This document shows positions 1 to 12,029 of a stretch of 64,000 nucleotides of DNA, piece after piece. How positions within the stretch are numbered: position 1 is the first letter of the stretch; the number at the start of each line of letters is the position of its first letter. Made by a program: the position numbers and the translations under genes. A model generated the notes under the pieces. It did not search any database. It saw only the letters and a program-made list of their open reading frames with translations, and had not been told where the DNA came from. The DNA is from Octopus vulgaris (lineage: Eukaryota): contig OX597814.1 of the NCBI GenBank assembly GCA_951406725.2, forward strand, positions 66,216,001-66,280,000, read 5' to 3'.

Positions 1-70
1 TGTCTACCACTTTCAGAAATGTTCCTTCAACCAAGATAGCTGGTTCCACATATGGATTTCCTGCTGCTGC
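1..70 (-). mobile_element. RTE-clade LINE RT C-terminal fragment (runs off window edge)
   Basis: Minus strand translates AAAGNPYVEPAILVEGTFLKVVD, resembling the RTE/BovB 'PGKPYVEPxIxVxGxxLxVVDKFxYLG' segment. Confidence 0.45.
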
Positions 71-113
71 ACATCTCTCGTGGAGAGATTTAGGAACAAC
101 AATGTTTAAATAA

Positions 114-114
114 A

Positions 115-179
<65 letters not shown>

Positions 180-321
180 TCTCGCGCACATTACACGCGG
201 GATATGCATGTGTGCATGTATGAGCAAATGGTTTTCGGCAAATAAACAGTCTCAGCAACAGAGAGAGCCAATAAAGCAAACGTAACAAGAAACCTGTATA
301 ACATTTTAATTACCGAAATAT

Positions 322-385
<64 letters not shown>
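114..385. repeat. (TA)n and (CT)n microsatellites
   Basis: Direct inspection: (TA)n ~114-177, (CT)n ~323-385. Confidence 0.97.
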
Positions 386-388
<3 letters not shown>

Positions 389-1429
389 ACTACATGTTGT
401 TACGTCAGTTTCTGAATTCATTGAGCATGTGAAAGCAAATATTTCCACATCATTTACAAACCATTCCTTCTTTGATGACTTCTAATTTCTTAAATTCAGC
501 CTTGAACTTCGACATTTATATTTGATTCAACCTTTCTATTTTATATTTATTCACTCACTTCTTTTTTTTATATTTTATCATATTTATATTTATATATTTT
601 TGCCTGTTCTGCTCTTATCGTAGCAAACTTGTAAATGCTCTTCAGAATTACGAACCAGAAATCATATTGCATACGTTACTCACCCTCCTGCTTATTCCGA
701 TTCACTTATGGCCAAATGCCTGTCAGTAGCTATCACACAAACAACGATTCACATTTTGAAGAAGCTTGCCTATTATTTTTTCTTCCTAAATTCTTTCTTT
801 CTCTTAAAATTTCGTCTTTTGCTACTATCCCACAATTACCTCCCCTCCTGTGTCTCATCCTATCATGTCTTATCGGTGATTCAGCTAAAGCAATTAAACA
901 ATTTTATTAATTACACTCAACATATCTCATCCTCTCAAGGTCTGCATGTGCATATTTGTGTGTCTGTTTGCAGACACATACACACAGGCGCACATAGGCA
1001 CATACACATGTACGTGAGCGCATATGCAGATTCCGACAGGATAGGCTAGTTTCAGTGAAGTAAGATGGATGGGAGTAAAGAACATACTTTTAGATTTTTA
1101 TTTTCATAGGAGCATTAAGATTAGGTCTTCGTAACTATGCGTCATCGATATTGATTTTTGCTTTACTATATCAAGGATTTTATAGAGAAGATAAGGAAAA
1201 GAGCTGGTTTTTTTTTTATTTGACCCGTTTTCCTTTACTCTCACTTCTCTTATCGACACCCAAGGAATATAAAGCAAATTTGACTCCTGTAAATCTTAAG
1301 CATATTAAATTACAATTCGTTAAGAATTTCAACATTACTGCTCTAGGCATTCGATTGTCTAGCGTTCAGACCGCAAAAGTAAAGTGAAGTAAGATGGGTT
1401 TAAACGAAACTAGAAACCATATCCCAAGT

Positions 1430-1560
1430 ACAGTCGTAGCTGTGTAATTATAAGAAGTTCATTTTGCAGCTATAGAGTACCTGGTTCAGTACGAGTGCAT
1501 GCTATCTTAGGCAATAGAATTTGGTACACGAAAACTTTCCAGAAGCTCGTGGTGAGTATA
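1430..1560 (+). mobile_element. Highly degenerate tRNA-derived SINE head
   Basis: Weak match (gtagctgtgt..aagaagtt..ggttcagt..cttaggcaa..tttggta) to the SINE seen intact at 53470-53910. Confidence 0.45.
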
Positions 1561-2209
1561 TGTGTCTACATCTTTAGGAGACTGAAGGTAGACTTAAGTT
1601 GGTTTCAGAGCTAAGTTTACTGACTGGGATTTTAACAAAATCCATATGTACTGTTTCTTTCTTTTCCTAGGTTTCCACTGTGGTTTTCTATCAGTGATTG
1701 AAATGTCTTTTCTAATCAGAAATTGATTTCCTTTTAACACCCTATATGTTCAGTGAATCCAGACTTAGATGTTTCTCTTGAAATTCCAATTAAAGAACGA
1801 GCAAGAAATTACTGATGCCATTCCAGTGAAGTTCAAGTTAAGTGAACAATCTGCAAATATTGGTGTTAATTCAGAACATTTTGAATATTTTCAGACAAAC
1901 AGTCGAATGAATGTAAAGATACAGTAGTATAGATTAATAAACTAAAACTCTATTTCATATCTAACGATTAGGTTAATAGACTAAAAACATTTTACCTACA
2001 GTAACTCATTCCAGATATTTAGAAATCTCTGATGTAGGCACAAGTCCTTTGGTTTAAACAGAGGACACAGTCGACATGAGTGAGAAATAAATTGATACCT
2101 GAAAAAACGAATGATAAGATCGTCCTACAGTTTTAAACTCAGAGTGGAAAGAAGGCCTTATTGAGTGCCCAGTGTTTTATCATTAGGCCATCCATCACTC
2201 ATATTTCAA

Positions 2210-3030
2210 CAAATAACGGTTTCTAACGTAGGCAAAAGACTGGTAGACTTCAGTTGATGCGCTTGCTCCTGTTGTTGAGACTACTCTATTTTATCGGCCT
2301 CAAAAAGATGAAGGCGAAATTCAACCCTGAATGTAGAGAGCCTTAACAAATACTGCTCTGTATTTTTGTTCGATATCCTAACGATAGTGACAACTCATCA
2401 CGTTTCCAAATCATTTCTGATTGCATGAGACCAGCAATTTTCAGGAGAGGGAATTCGTCGACATCATCGACGCCGGTATTTAGCTGATGCTATACTTCAT
2501 TGACTCCAAAGCATGAAAGGCAAAGTTAACCTCTGTAGGATTTGAACTCAGAATGTAAAGAGACGGAAGAAAAACCATAAGATAATTTTTCTAACGCTCT
2601 AATGATACTGAAAATCCGGCGTTACAATTTTCAGGGATGACAGCGGGTGATTATATTGATCCCAGTACTTAACTTTATTCCTGGGCCCGAAAGGATGACA
2701 AAGTTAATTTCAGAGGGTCTCAAAACGTAAAAAAACAGTAAATAAATGCCGCAATGTATTTTCACACAATGCTCTACTGGTTACGACATCTACCCACGTT
2801 GTATTTTAGTAAATAATAATTTCTAAATTTTGCATCACGTAGCAAATTTGACGGAACGAGTGTAGTCCGTTAATAATCTATTAACGTTAGTCTGTTAACA
2901 AATATTATGATATTGGTATTTGTTTTATCAACGTTGGGGATGTGAAGGATAAAATTAATCTTGGAAGGATTTAAGCAAAGACAGTAAGGGGATTTGACTA
3001 AATGCCACAATGCTTTTTTTTCTTTTATTC
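2210..3030 (-). mobile_element. Tandem array of ~4 degenerate SINE copies (~200-bp period)
   Basis: Recurring atgaaagg(c)aaagt..gatttgaactcagaa..aaatgcc(g)c motifs, same family as 34660-34850 and 46270-46706. Confidence 0.65.
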
Positions 3031-3199
3031 CGCTTTATTAAATAATCATGAATATAATTTTCTCTGAATCTGAACCACGGAGAAAACACATTCGCATAAG
3101 ACTACGTCTATAAAAACTTTATAAGTTTACAATCCCAGGAGAAAACAATATTATATACTGTTGTAGAGGGTTAGCTGCCCAACAACCTTATAAGTTTAC

Positions 3200-3574
3200 A
3201 CATATATACGCGAACGGTCATTTACATGAATGCACAGACATACATGCATATATACATAAACAGACGCATGTATACACACATATATACATACATATATAGA
3301 TATACACACATGTACATATGCATGCATACACATACGCATGCATACATTCATACATACGCAAGCATGTACATACATATACATATACACGCATACATACATT
3401 CATACATACGCAGACATGTATATACGCATGCATAAACAAGCGCACACGTACATTTATGCATGCATACCTACATACATACATACATACATACATACATACA
3501 TACATACATACATACATACGCATACATTCATACATACATACATACATACATACATACATACATACATACATACA

Positions 3575-3605
<31 letters not shown>

Positions 3606-3606
3606 G
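3200..3606. repeat. Degenerate CA/TA-rich tract ending in (TACA)n
   Basis: Direct inspection. Confidence 0.95.
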
Positions 3607-4059
3607 TATTACCCAAACAATATACAATATACAATGCCTTCTATATGATAGACTGCCTAGGGATAAATATTAAAAGAATCTCTCATGTTGAGTACATTCA
3701 CACGATTCAACATAGGCTATATTATTGGAACATTTCAATCAAAGCTTCCGCCGAAAACGAACACTTGGTTGTTTGAAGGAGAAAACAACATTATATACTG
3801 TTGTGGAGGTTTCAGCTACCCAACAAATGTGAACTCAGAATATTTATGGACAACTGCTTCGAAACTTATACCTTATCTCTACCCAGTTTATGAATAAATA
3901 TTTGTAAATTTATATTTAGTTTAGAGAAGGTTGAAAGTACCTCTAACTATTGACACTTTTAAGTTTTATTTTATTTTATTTTCTAATGAGTAACTAACTT
4001 GAAAATTTCGGAGCTTCAGTGAAGGAAATAGATTCGTTTGAACAATGTATATATGCAAT

Positions 4060-6021
4060 ATTTTTATAAAATTCAACATCTTAACATGTTAGAATTGAAG
4101 ATGTATGGCCTAAATATGTATTCTACACAAACAGTACCCAATCCTATCCAGTCTGAACATCTACAAGGCTGACTGGAAGTCACTTGAAAAACACATACTC
4201 CAACCAAATTGACTTCAATGTATCTCTTTGCAAGACATTGATATAAAACATAAAGAATGCATGTCAACGATGCGAGCCATATGTGTTAAAGGGAAGAGAG
4301 CCAATATGTACAAACAGATCAATCCCAGAGACAGGAGAGTCCTTATGAGATGCAGAATAAAGATCTCTAATCGCTTAAATAAACAACATAATGACAGCGA
4401 GAAATCCCTCTTTAAAGAGACCAAAAATAAACTCAAAGTCGCCCATGAAGAGAACGAGGAAGAAAGAGAAATCAGGGCGGTGGAAAATATAAGCATGAAT
4501 CCTAAAGCCTTTTACAAGCCTGTGAAAAATCTGCCTCGGTGAACCACAAAATTGAAGATGGTTCACTCACTGCAAACCCCAGGGGGTTAAGTGAAGTGCT
4601 AAATAGACAATTCTAAAGTGTCTTCACCCCTCCACTGGGGAGTATGCAAATAAGAAAGCTTGATGAGTTTTTACTGCAGATCTACATGGGAAAGAGGCAA
4701 CCATCCATTACATCGACAAAAGGTGGAAGTTGTAATATCGACCATTGATGCGATAAACTCGAACTCAGCAACTAGCCCAAATAGATTTCTGGTTGTTCTT
4801 TTAAAAACATGCAAGAAAGTTTTCGCAAAACTACCGCAGATGTTTTTTCAAAGTTTTCTTGCATGTGGTAAGCTTCCCGAAATGTTAAAAGGAGATATGA
4901 TATGCCCTCTCCATAAACGAGGAAGCAGAGCAGATACTAAAACTTGCAGGTCTATCTCTATGACCTCACTTGTTAGTAAGATCATGGAACGCATTGTCAG
5001 TCGTAGACGAATTTGTTCATAAACACAAAACATGGCCTCCGTCAAGGGAGAAGCTGTCTCACGTAACTACTGCAGTATTGTGACTAGGTACTGAAACAAC
5101 AGCTCAACTACTCAAATGTGGTCGTGACAAGTCTCAACTTTGCAAAAGCCTTTCACAAAGTTCAGCATCGGATATATCACAAACTACGTGACCTTGGTAT
5201 CGCTGGAATATTAGGAGAGTGGCTACATAACTTTTTAAAAGACAGAAGCCAGACAGTTGCATCCATTGTTGATTCCTCTGGGGAGACATCACTTCTCAGC
5301 GGAGTCCCTTCAAAGAACTGTAACTAGGACCACTAATGTTTGCACTCTCTCAAAAATGCCCTCAGTCAATCTCACCAGCTATGTTGATGATACAAAAGTG
5401 TCAAGGACCCTCATGACTTTTTAAAACTGTAGAAAGACCTCAATACAATGTGTATGTGGGTTGATAAAAATGACAAGAAGGTTAATGCTGAGAAGTTTCA
5501 AGCACTCCAGTACCGGCCCACAAACAAACTATAATCGGAAAACACAGGACCAGTGGATAGTGTAATTCAAGAGTCAGAGACGCTGCGTTACCTGAGAATC
5601 CACATGAATAATGATACAACAATCCATGTGCATATTTCCCAGATGGCAACACTGTGCAGGCGAGTAGCTGAATGGACTCTTAGATCATTCAGAACTGGGA
5701 AATAGGATACCATGCTACTCCTATGGAGAACATTTGTTCTCTGTCGTCTGAATTACTGCTTCCAACTGTAGTAAACCCAAAGTGTGAAACTAGTGGCGGT
5801 AATCGAGGCAATCTAGCACCACTACACTATGATTATTGAGGTAGAGCAAGAGATGAGCTACTAGGAGAGGCTAAAGGTACGGAAGCTCTACTTCTTAAAG
5901 AGAAGACGCGAAAGATATGCAGTTATATAGATTCTTTTATTCTTTTACTTGTTTCAATCATTTGACTGCGGCCATGCTGGAGCACCGCCTTTAGTCGAAC
6001 AAATCGACACCAGGACTTATT

Positions 6022-6073
<52 letters not shown>

Positions 6074-6625
6074 GACGGGCTTCATTCAGTTTCCTTCTAC
6101 CAAATCCACTCACAAGGCTTTGGACGGACAGAAGTTATTGCAAAAGACACTTGCCCAAGTTCCACGCAGTGGAACTGAACCCGGAACCATGTGGTTGGGA
6201 AGCAAGCTTCTTAGGCACTCACTGCGCCAATGGAACATTCTGGGAGATCTAACTCCCAACTTTGGAATTGGAAGCTACACCAGCCACCAAACTTGCGACA
6301 CTGAATAGTACCAAAGTTCCCGTTTTCTCCATCTAGAATAAGGAGCCAGTTCTATAACAGCTTGGATTTCAAATGTTCTCAACTATTGAACATTCTGTCA
6401 AAGGGTTTCAGAGATTTGCGAAGTGTAGAAATGGAGGTCTTCAAAGAACATCTGGACAAATTTTTATCTGAGGTAGCTGATGAACTCATAATGCGGCAGG
6501 AGACACAAAGAAGAGCAGCTCCGTACAACTCGCTACTTCACCAGAAACCGTACAGAAAAGAAACCCAAGTTGGTGCCCCAGCATGGGCTCAATCTCTGGC
6601 TAAAACCAGTAAAACATATAATAAA
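4060..6625 (+). mobile_element. 5'-truncated, decayed CR1-type LINE (RT region + 3' end)
   Basis: NIYKADWK; ICPLHKRGSRADTKTCRSISMTSLVSKIMERIV; HGLRQGRSC; NFAKAFHKV; SGVP; SYVDDTKV; RRRERYAVI; many stops/frameshifts; 3' end GGTGCCCCAGCATGG..AAACCAGTAAAA. Confidence 0.88.
5931..6215 (-). mobile_element. tRNA-derived SINE (internally deleted, central (TA)n) inserted in the CR1 LINE
   Basis: Head ..ccacatggttccgggttcagttccactgcgtgg.. and tail ggcggtgctccagcatggccgcagtc.. on minus strand; CR1 reading frame resumes on both sides. Confidence 0.85.
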
Positions 6626-7070
6626 AAAGATAAACATGCTTACTTCCATTTATGCATAATTATAAACACAAGTGGATATTGATCATAAATATTTCTGTCT
6701 AAATAGATAACACAAACTCATATTGAAGTAAACTGTACATCTAGCAAGCTATCGTTCTCTCTGCCACCACAAAGCCTCTCTCTATCTCTATTATATGTAT
6801 ATTGTAAGAAAGGCGGAAAGAATTTTTCCTCATCTAGAAGTGGATACAGTACTATCATTGTCCTTTATATCAAAACAAAATTCTCATTCCTACTTCTTAT
6901 CATAGTCTCTGAAGATGTTTTCTGTTTATTTGTCTTTGAAGTTGATAAAATAATAACAGGTCGTTAAGTGTGTATGTGTATATGTGTGTAAAATAATGAT
7001 AAATACATATTTGAGCTTCATTTATATTCATGTACATATATGAGTAATGCATACAACTAATATATATGCA

Positions 7071-7137
<67 letters not shown>

Positions 7138-7187
7138 CATACATCATGGCTCGGCTTCGCGAACGAAGATCAGGAAGGCTGTCCACG

Positions 7188-10100
7188 TCACGTGCATGCA
7201 AGCTCATGACTGACAAGTCCAATATGGGAAAGGCAGGTCTGTGAGCAGTGTCCACAGACGAAGGTAATATTCGGTGTGGTGTCAGAGGCGGCTCGCACCT
7301 TCCTCTTGCGTCTCTTGTCTTTAAGTGCGTCTCTTCTTTGTTCCTCAAACTTGCTGACTGCGTTGAAGATCGTGTGGCGCCAGACATCACGGCCCGCAGC
7401 CAGGTCTGACCGCTCCAAGACTTTAATGTTTGTGACGAAGTCACTCCAGTGAATGTTGAGGATGGTGCGGAGACATCGCTGGTGGAAGCGCTCGAGGAGA
7501 CGGATGTGACTGCGGTAAGTGATCCAGGTCTCTGAGCCGTAGAGAAGGGTGGTGAGAACCACGGCCCTGTAGACACTGATCTTTGTTTTGTTCTTCAGGC
7601 CACTTTTGTACCAAACACGTTTGTACAATCTGCCAAAGAAGCTATTTGCCTTAGAAAGTCTATTGTTAATTTCCTTGTCGATCCTTGCATCGGATGAGAT
7701 GATGCAGCCCAGGTATGTAAACTGTTGTATTGATTTCAGTTCGGTACTGTAGATAGTGATGTGGGGTGGGAGGTATTCTTCTTGGGGTGTAGGTTGGTGA
7801 AGTACCTCCGTCTTCTTGAGGCTGACCTCCAGGCCAAAGAGCTGCGAGGCGTCTGCAAAGCAGGACGTGATGCGCTGCAGAGCTCGCTCTGTGTGGGCGA
7901 CAAGGGCAGCGTCGTCTGCAAAGAGAAGGTCTCGAATCAACCTCTGCTGGGTCTTGGTGTGGGCTTGGAGGTGCCGTAGATTGAAGAGACTGCCATCCAG
8001 ACGATACCTAACATACACACCATCCTCATCCTCCATATCTTCAGTTGCATGCTTGATCATCATGCTGAAGAAGATGCTGAAGAGAGTCGGTGCCAGGACG
8101 CAACCCTGCTTCATGCCGTTGGAAATGGGGAAGGGCTCCGACAGGTCAGCATTGAGTCTGATCTGACCACGCTGATACTCATGCAGCTGGATCACCATCT
8201 GTAAAAACTTGGTGGGACAGCCAAGTCGTTCCAGGATGAGCCATAGTCCTGTCCTGCTCACTGTGTCAAGTGCTTTTGTAAGGTCGACGAAAGTAGCATA
8301 GAGTCCCCTGTTTTGTTCTCGGCACTTCTCCTGGAGTTGGCGGAGGACGAACACCATATCCGGTGTGCCTCTGTTGGCTCTGAAGCCACACTGGCTCTCG
8401 GGGAGGTTTTCTTCAGCGATGGTTGGTACTAGCCTATTGAGCAGGATCCTGACAAGTACTTTGCCGGTGATGGAGAGTTGGGTGATTTCCCCGGCAGTTG
8501 GAGTAGTCAGACTTTTCACCCTTGTTCTTGTACAGGGTTATGATGACGGCGTCGCGAAGATCCTGTGGCAGCTTGCTCTGATCCCAGCAGCAGACAAGAA
8601 CATCATGGAGCTTGTCATGGAGCATTGGACCTCCATTCTTCCAGATTTCTGGTGGGATGCCATCAACTCCTGCTGCTTTGCGACTCTTGAGTTGTCCTAT
8701 GGCTTCAATCGTTTCTTCGAGTGTGGGTGGTTTGTTGAGCTCCTCTTTGAGTGGAAGTTGAGGAATGCGAAGGATCGCAGCATCCTGTACGGTACGGTTA
8801 GCACTGAAGAGGCTTTGGAAGTGCTCGGACCAGCGAGCGAGGATGGATGTGTTATCGGTGAGGAGGTCCTGTCCATCTGAACTGCGTAGGGGACTCTGGA
8901 CCAGGTGGGTGGGGCCATACACTGCTTTCAGAGCCTCATAGAAGCCTCTATAGTCTCCGAGGTCAGCGCACAGTTGGGCTCTCCGCGCCAGGTGGTCCCA
9001 ACCACTCGTTCTGCATTTCTCTGAGTTTTCGCTGCAGGGTGCTGCATGCGCGCCGAAAGGCAGTTTTCTTCACAAGACAGGCTGGTTGTGCGAGGTGGGC
9101 CTGATGAACTTCCCTCTTCCTTGCTAGTAATTCATGGATCTCCTTGTCATTTTCATTGAACCAGTCCTTGTTTCTTTTTCTTTGTGTGCCCAAGAACTTC
9201 CATAGATGTCTTAAGGATGGCTGATTTCAGGTTCTCCAACAAGGTGTCTAGGGTGGTGTCATCAGTGCAGGAGTATTCGTCTAGTCTTTGCTGCAGGTTT
9301 GCTTGGAACTTGATTTTCACTTCCTCCCAGCACAAGCTGTCGACATTGAGTTTCTTTATGGGGTTACCTTTCTTCTTGGGTTTGGGTTTGAACTGCAGTT
9401 TGAGCTTGCAGCCGACAAGGCGATGGTCAGTGTGGCACTCTGCACTGAGCATCACTCTTGTGTGTAGAACGTCTTTCAGGTCTCGCTGGGGCACAAGCAC
9501 ATAGTCAAGTAGATGCCAATGTTTGGACCGGGGATGCATCCAAGTTGTTTTCAGACGATATTTCTGTTGGAAGATTGTGTTGGTAATAACAAGTTGGTGC
9601 TCTGTGCAGAACTCGAACAGGAGGTGCCCGTTGTCATTACAGCCACCAATGCCGTGTCTTCCAAGGACTCCTTTCCAAGCCTCAGAGTCCTTCCCAACTT
9701 TTGCGTTGAAGTCACCAAGGATCAGGCCCTTGTCGTTTGTAGGGGTGTTGTTCAAGAGTCTGCGCAGATCAGAATAGAAGCTGTCTTTGTCCACGGGATC
9801 TGCCAGTAGAGTTGGAGCATAAACACTGAAGAGAGTGAGATGTTGTTTGCTCTCTAGTGGTAGGTGCATGGATATGATGCGGTCCGAGTGGCCCGTGGGT
9901 AACGTTTCCAGTTTGGAGGTGATGGAATTCCTCACCATGAGTCCTACACCCGACACACGTTTTTCAGATGATGGTTTTCCGGACCAGAAGAGGGTGTAGC
10001 CAGCGCCGCGTTCTTTGAGGCTGCCCTCGTCAGCGAACGGACCTCGCTGAGAGTGGCTATGTCAATGTTGAGACGGGAGAGTTCATGGGCTATGAGAGCC

Positions 10101-10204
10101 GAACGACGCTCTGGGCGGCTGCTGTCAGCCTTGTCAAGCATGGTCCTGACATTCCAGCAGGCAACTTTCAACTCCTGTTTACTTTTCTTCAGTTTTGTTT
10201 CCAT
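7188..10204 (-). pseudogene. RTE ORF (APE endonuclease + reverse transcriptase + C-terminal C2H2-like), frameshifted
   Basis: WNVRTM..LSEVR; VYAPT; LGDFNAKVG; WHLLDY; TDHRLV; PESQCGFR; FVDLTKALD; KQGCVLAPTLF; LFADD; FTYLG; CGHC..SH; ~4 frameshifts and an apparent deletion near 7415. Confidence 0.93.
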
Positions 10205-10810
10205 GTTTGTTCGACCGCTCTGAAGATGCCCTTTGACCGCGGTTAGCCAACTGGGTATAGAGGAGACGAGCTTTGTTTAGGCGAACCTTTTCTACCGCCC
10301 CTTCTCCATGTGGAGCAGGCAGTGCTCTCCCTAAATAGGGCTGCCTGGTCGCTCAGGATGCTGCCGAGTGGTGTCGTCGCCTCCGGGTCGACAACCAGGC
10401 GACCAAAGTCCTGAGCCGCCTACATGTAGGGTTGAGACTACGGCTTCCAGTGACATCTTCCACCTGCCGCTTTCGCCCCTTTCCCATCGCTGCAGGGCTT
10501 TTAGGATGGCTGGTCACAGAACGTAGACATGTCCTTTGGCCTGCACTAGGGAGTTTTTTAAGGTGAAGTGCAGTGCGCGAAAACTGGCCCCACTCTTTAA
10601 GCACGAGGTTCATCTTCCATGGCCTAGCGAGCTGAGACGGTGACAGCGAGATCCTCGGGCCGTAGGTTTGAAGTCGGACTTATCCTCTCCTAGGAGGGTT
10701 GCCAACTATGGCTGACGAGCCCCTCCTGCCCATGTCATCCAAACCATGGCGAAAGAGAGAAAAGGATCCATGGTTTTCAGTAGGCGTATACTACCCGGTT
10801 GCCTAGGCTA

Positions 10811-10852
10811 GGTTAGTGCTAGAAGGATCGTAAGATCCTTCTAGCACTAACC
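10811..10852. repeat. Perfect 19-bp inverted repeat with 4-nt loop at RTE 5' end
   Basis: GGTTAGTGCTAGAAGGATC-GTAA-GATCCTTCTAGCACTAACC. Confidence 0.95.
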
Positions 10853-10986
10853 ACAACACCCAAATACTCAATTTTCTAGATGTTCTTCCTATTCAACCTT
10901 TTTCCACGCCTGTTGACTCGCACAGTGTTCATGGCACCAATCATACACAGAAGTATACATATGTATGTATATATGTGTGTGCGTGC

Positions 10987-11027
<41 letters not shown>

Positions 11028-11350
11028 TAAATGAGTGTATGAATGTATACCTATACATATATATTGGATTGCGTATGCCCACTTCAGGACGAAGACCTCA
11101 AACATCTTCTCTACACCAACCACGGTCTGGTGTGAGAGGCGTGATTTTCAGCTTAAGATCATACTGATTTGATGAGCCTTCTCTTCCGCATTGGCACGAC
11201 ATGGGTTGGCAGAGGGGTTGCAGTTCTTATACTCTTACCCAAATGTCGATTGTGTGTGTGTATGTGTGTGAGCATTATTTTTGAGCCCCATGAACATCAT
11301 TTTCGTGAGGACACGAATAAATTCTGCGTGCCTGTACTCTTTGCGTGTCA

Positions 11351-11420
<70 letters not shown>

Positions 11421-11422
<2 letters not shown>

Positions 11423-11728
11423 AGAATAAGATCGATATTTAAATACCGATTTGATCAGATGGCAAGCATTGAAATAAAATCCTTCGAAGGTAATAATTAT
11501 TTAAAATTATAATTTAGGGTATCTAAGAGATACCACCACGCTGGAAATAGCAGTCAAAACTTGACTCTAAAACCACATTAAATGTTCATACAGCACCAGG
11601 AGAGAAGACAATGAGACAAAATAATCTAGCAAAAAAATTACTGGATAATTCCAGATCTCGGATTTCTGGCTCTGCATAAGAAATGCTCTGCCTTCATCAG
11701 TGGAATATACTCAGAAAGCACATAAATA

Positions 11729-11732
<4 letters not shown>
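11421..11732 (-). mobile_element. Non-coding hammerhead-bearing mini-element embedded in (TA)n
   Basis: ~310-bp unique sequence between two (TA)n tracts containing an HHR. Confidence 0.65.
11648..11706 (-). ncRNA. Type I hammerhead ribozyme motif
   Basis: ATTCCA-CTGATGA-A-GGC..GCAT..ATGC..GCC-A-GAAA-TCCGAGA-TC-TGGAAT: 6-bp stem I, intact core, AUC cleavage triplet. Confidence 0.8.
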
Positions 11733-11799
<67 letters not shown>

Positions 11800-11859
11800 G
11801 AATGTATGCACACGACCAGTTTGTGAGCTATTCAAGAACACACCAAAACCGTTAGTTTC

Positions 11860-11996
11860 ACGACAACATTTAAATTTAATTTGTGTCAAATTATTTTCGT
11901 CGCTTTGAAGCCGTGACCTGTTCACTGACAAAACTTCACTAAAGTGATCCAGCACGAAGTTTTATCGGTGAACAGGTCACGGTTTCAAAGCGATGG
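11860..11996. mobile_element. Fold-back MITE-like repeat
   Basis: ~40-bp imperfect inverted arms 11898-11937 / 11956-11995 (..CCGTGACCTGTTCAC.. / ..GTGAACAGGTCACGG..). Confidence 0.65.
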
Positions 11997-12029
11997 TGGA
12001 GGTAAAAATTTAGATTACAACTTACTTTG

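Larger units (their letters stand above)
7140..10852 (-). mobile_element. Near full-length RTE/BovB-type LINE
   Basis: ~600-bp 5' UTR plus single EN-RT ORF plus short 3' end abutting (TA)n; clearly more GC-rich than flanks. Confidence 0.95.

Noticed and set aside
1650-1760. Strong acceptor-like TTTCTTTTCCTAG/G
   Set aside because: No convincing open exon or donor follows.
3196-3776. HTYI/MYVC/YIYI repeat ORFs here and throughout the track
   Set aside because: Translations of (TACA)n, (TA)n and (TG)n microsatellites.
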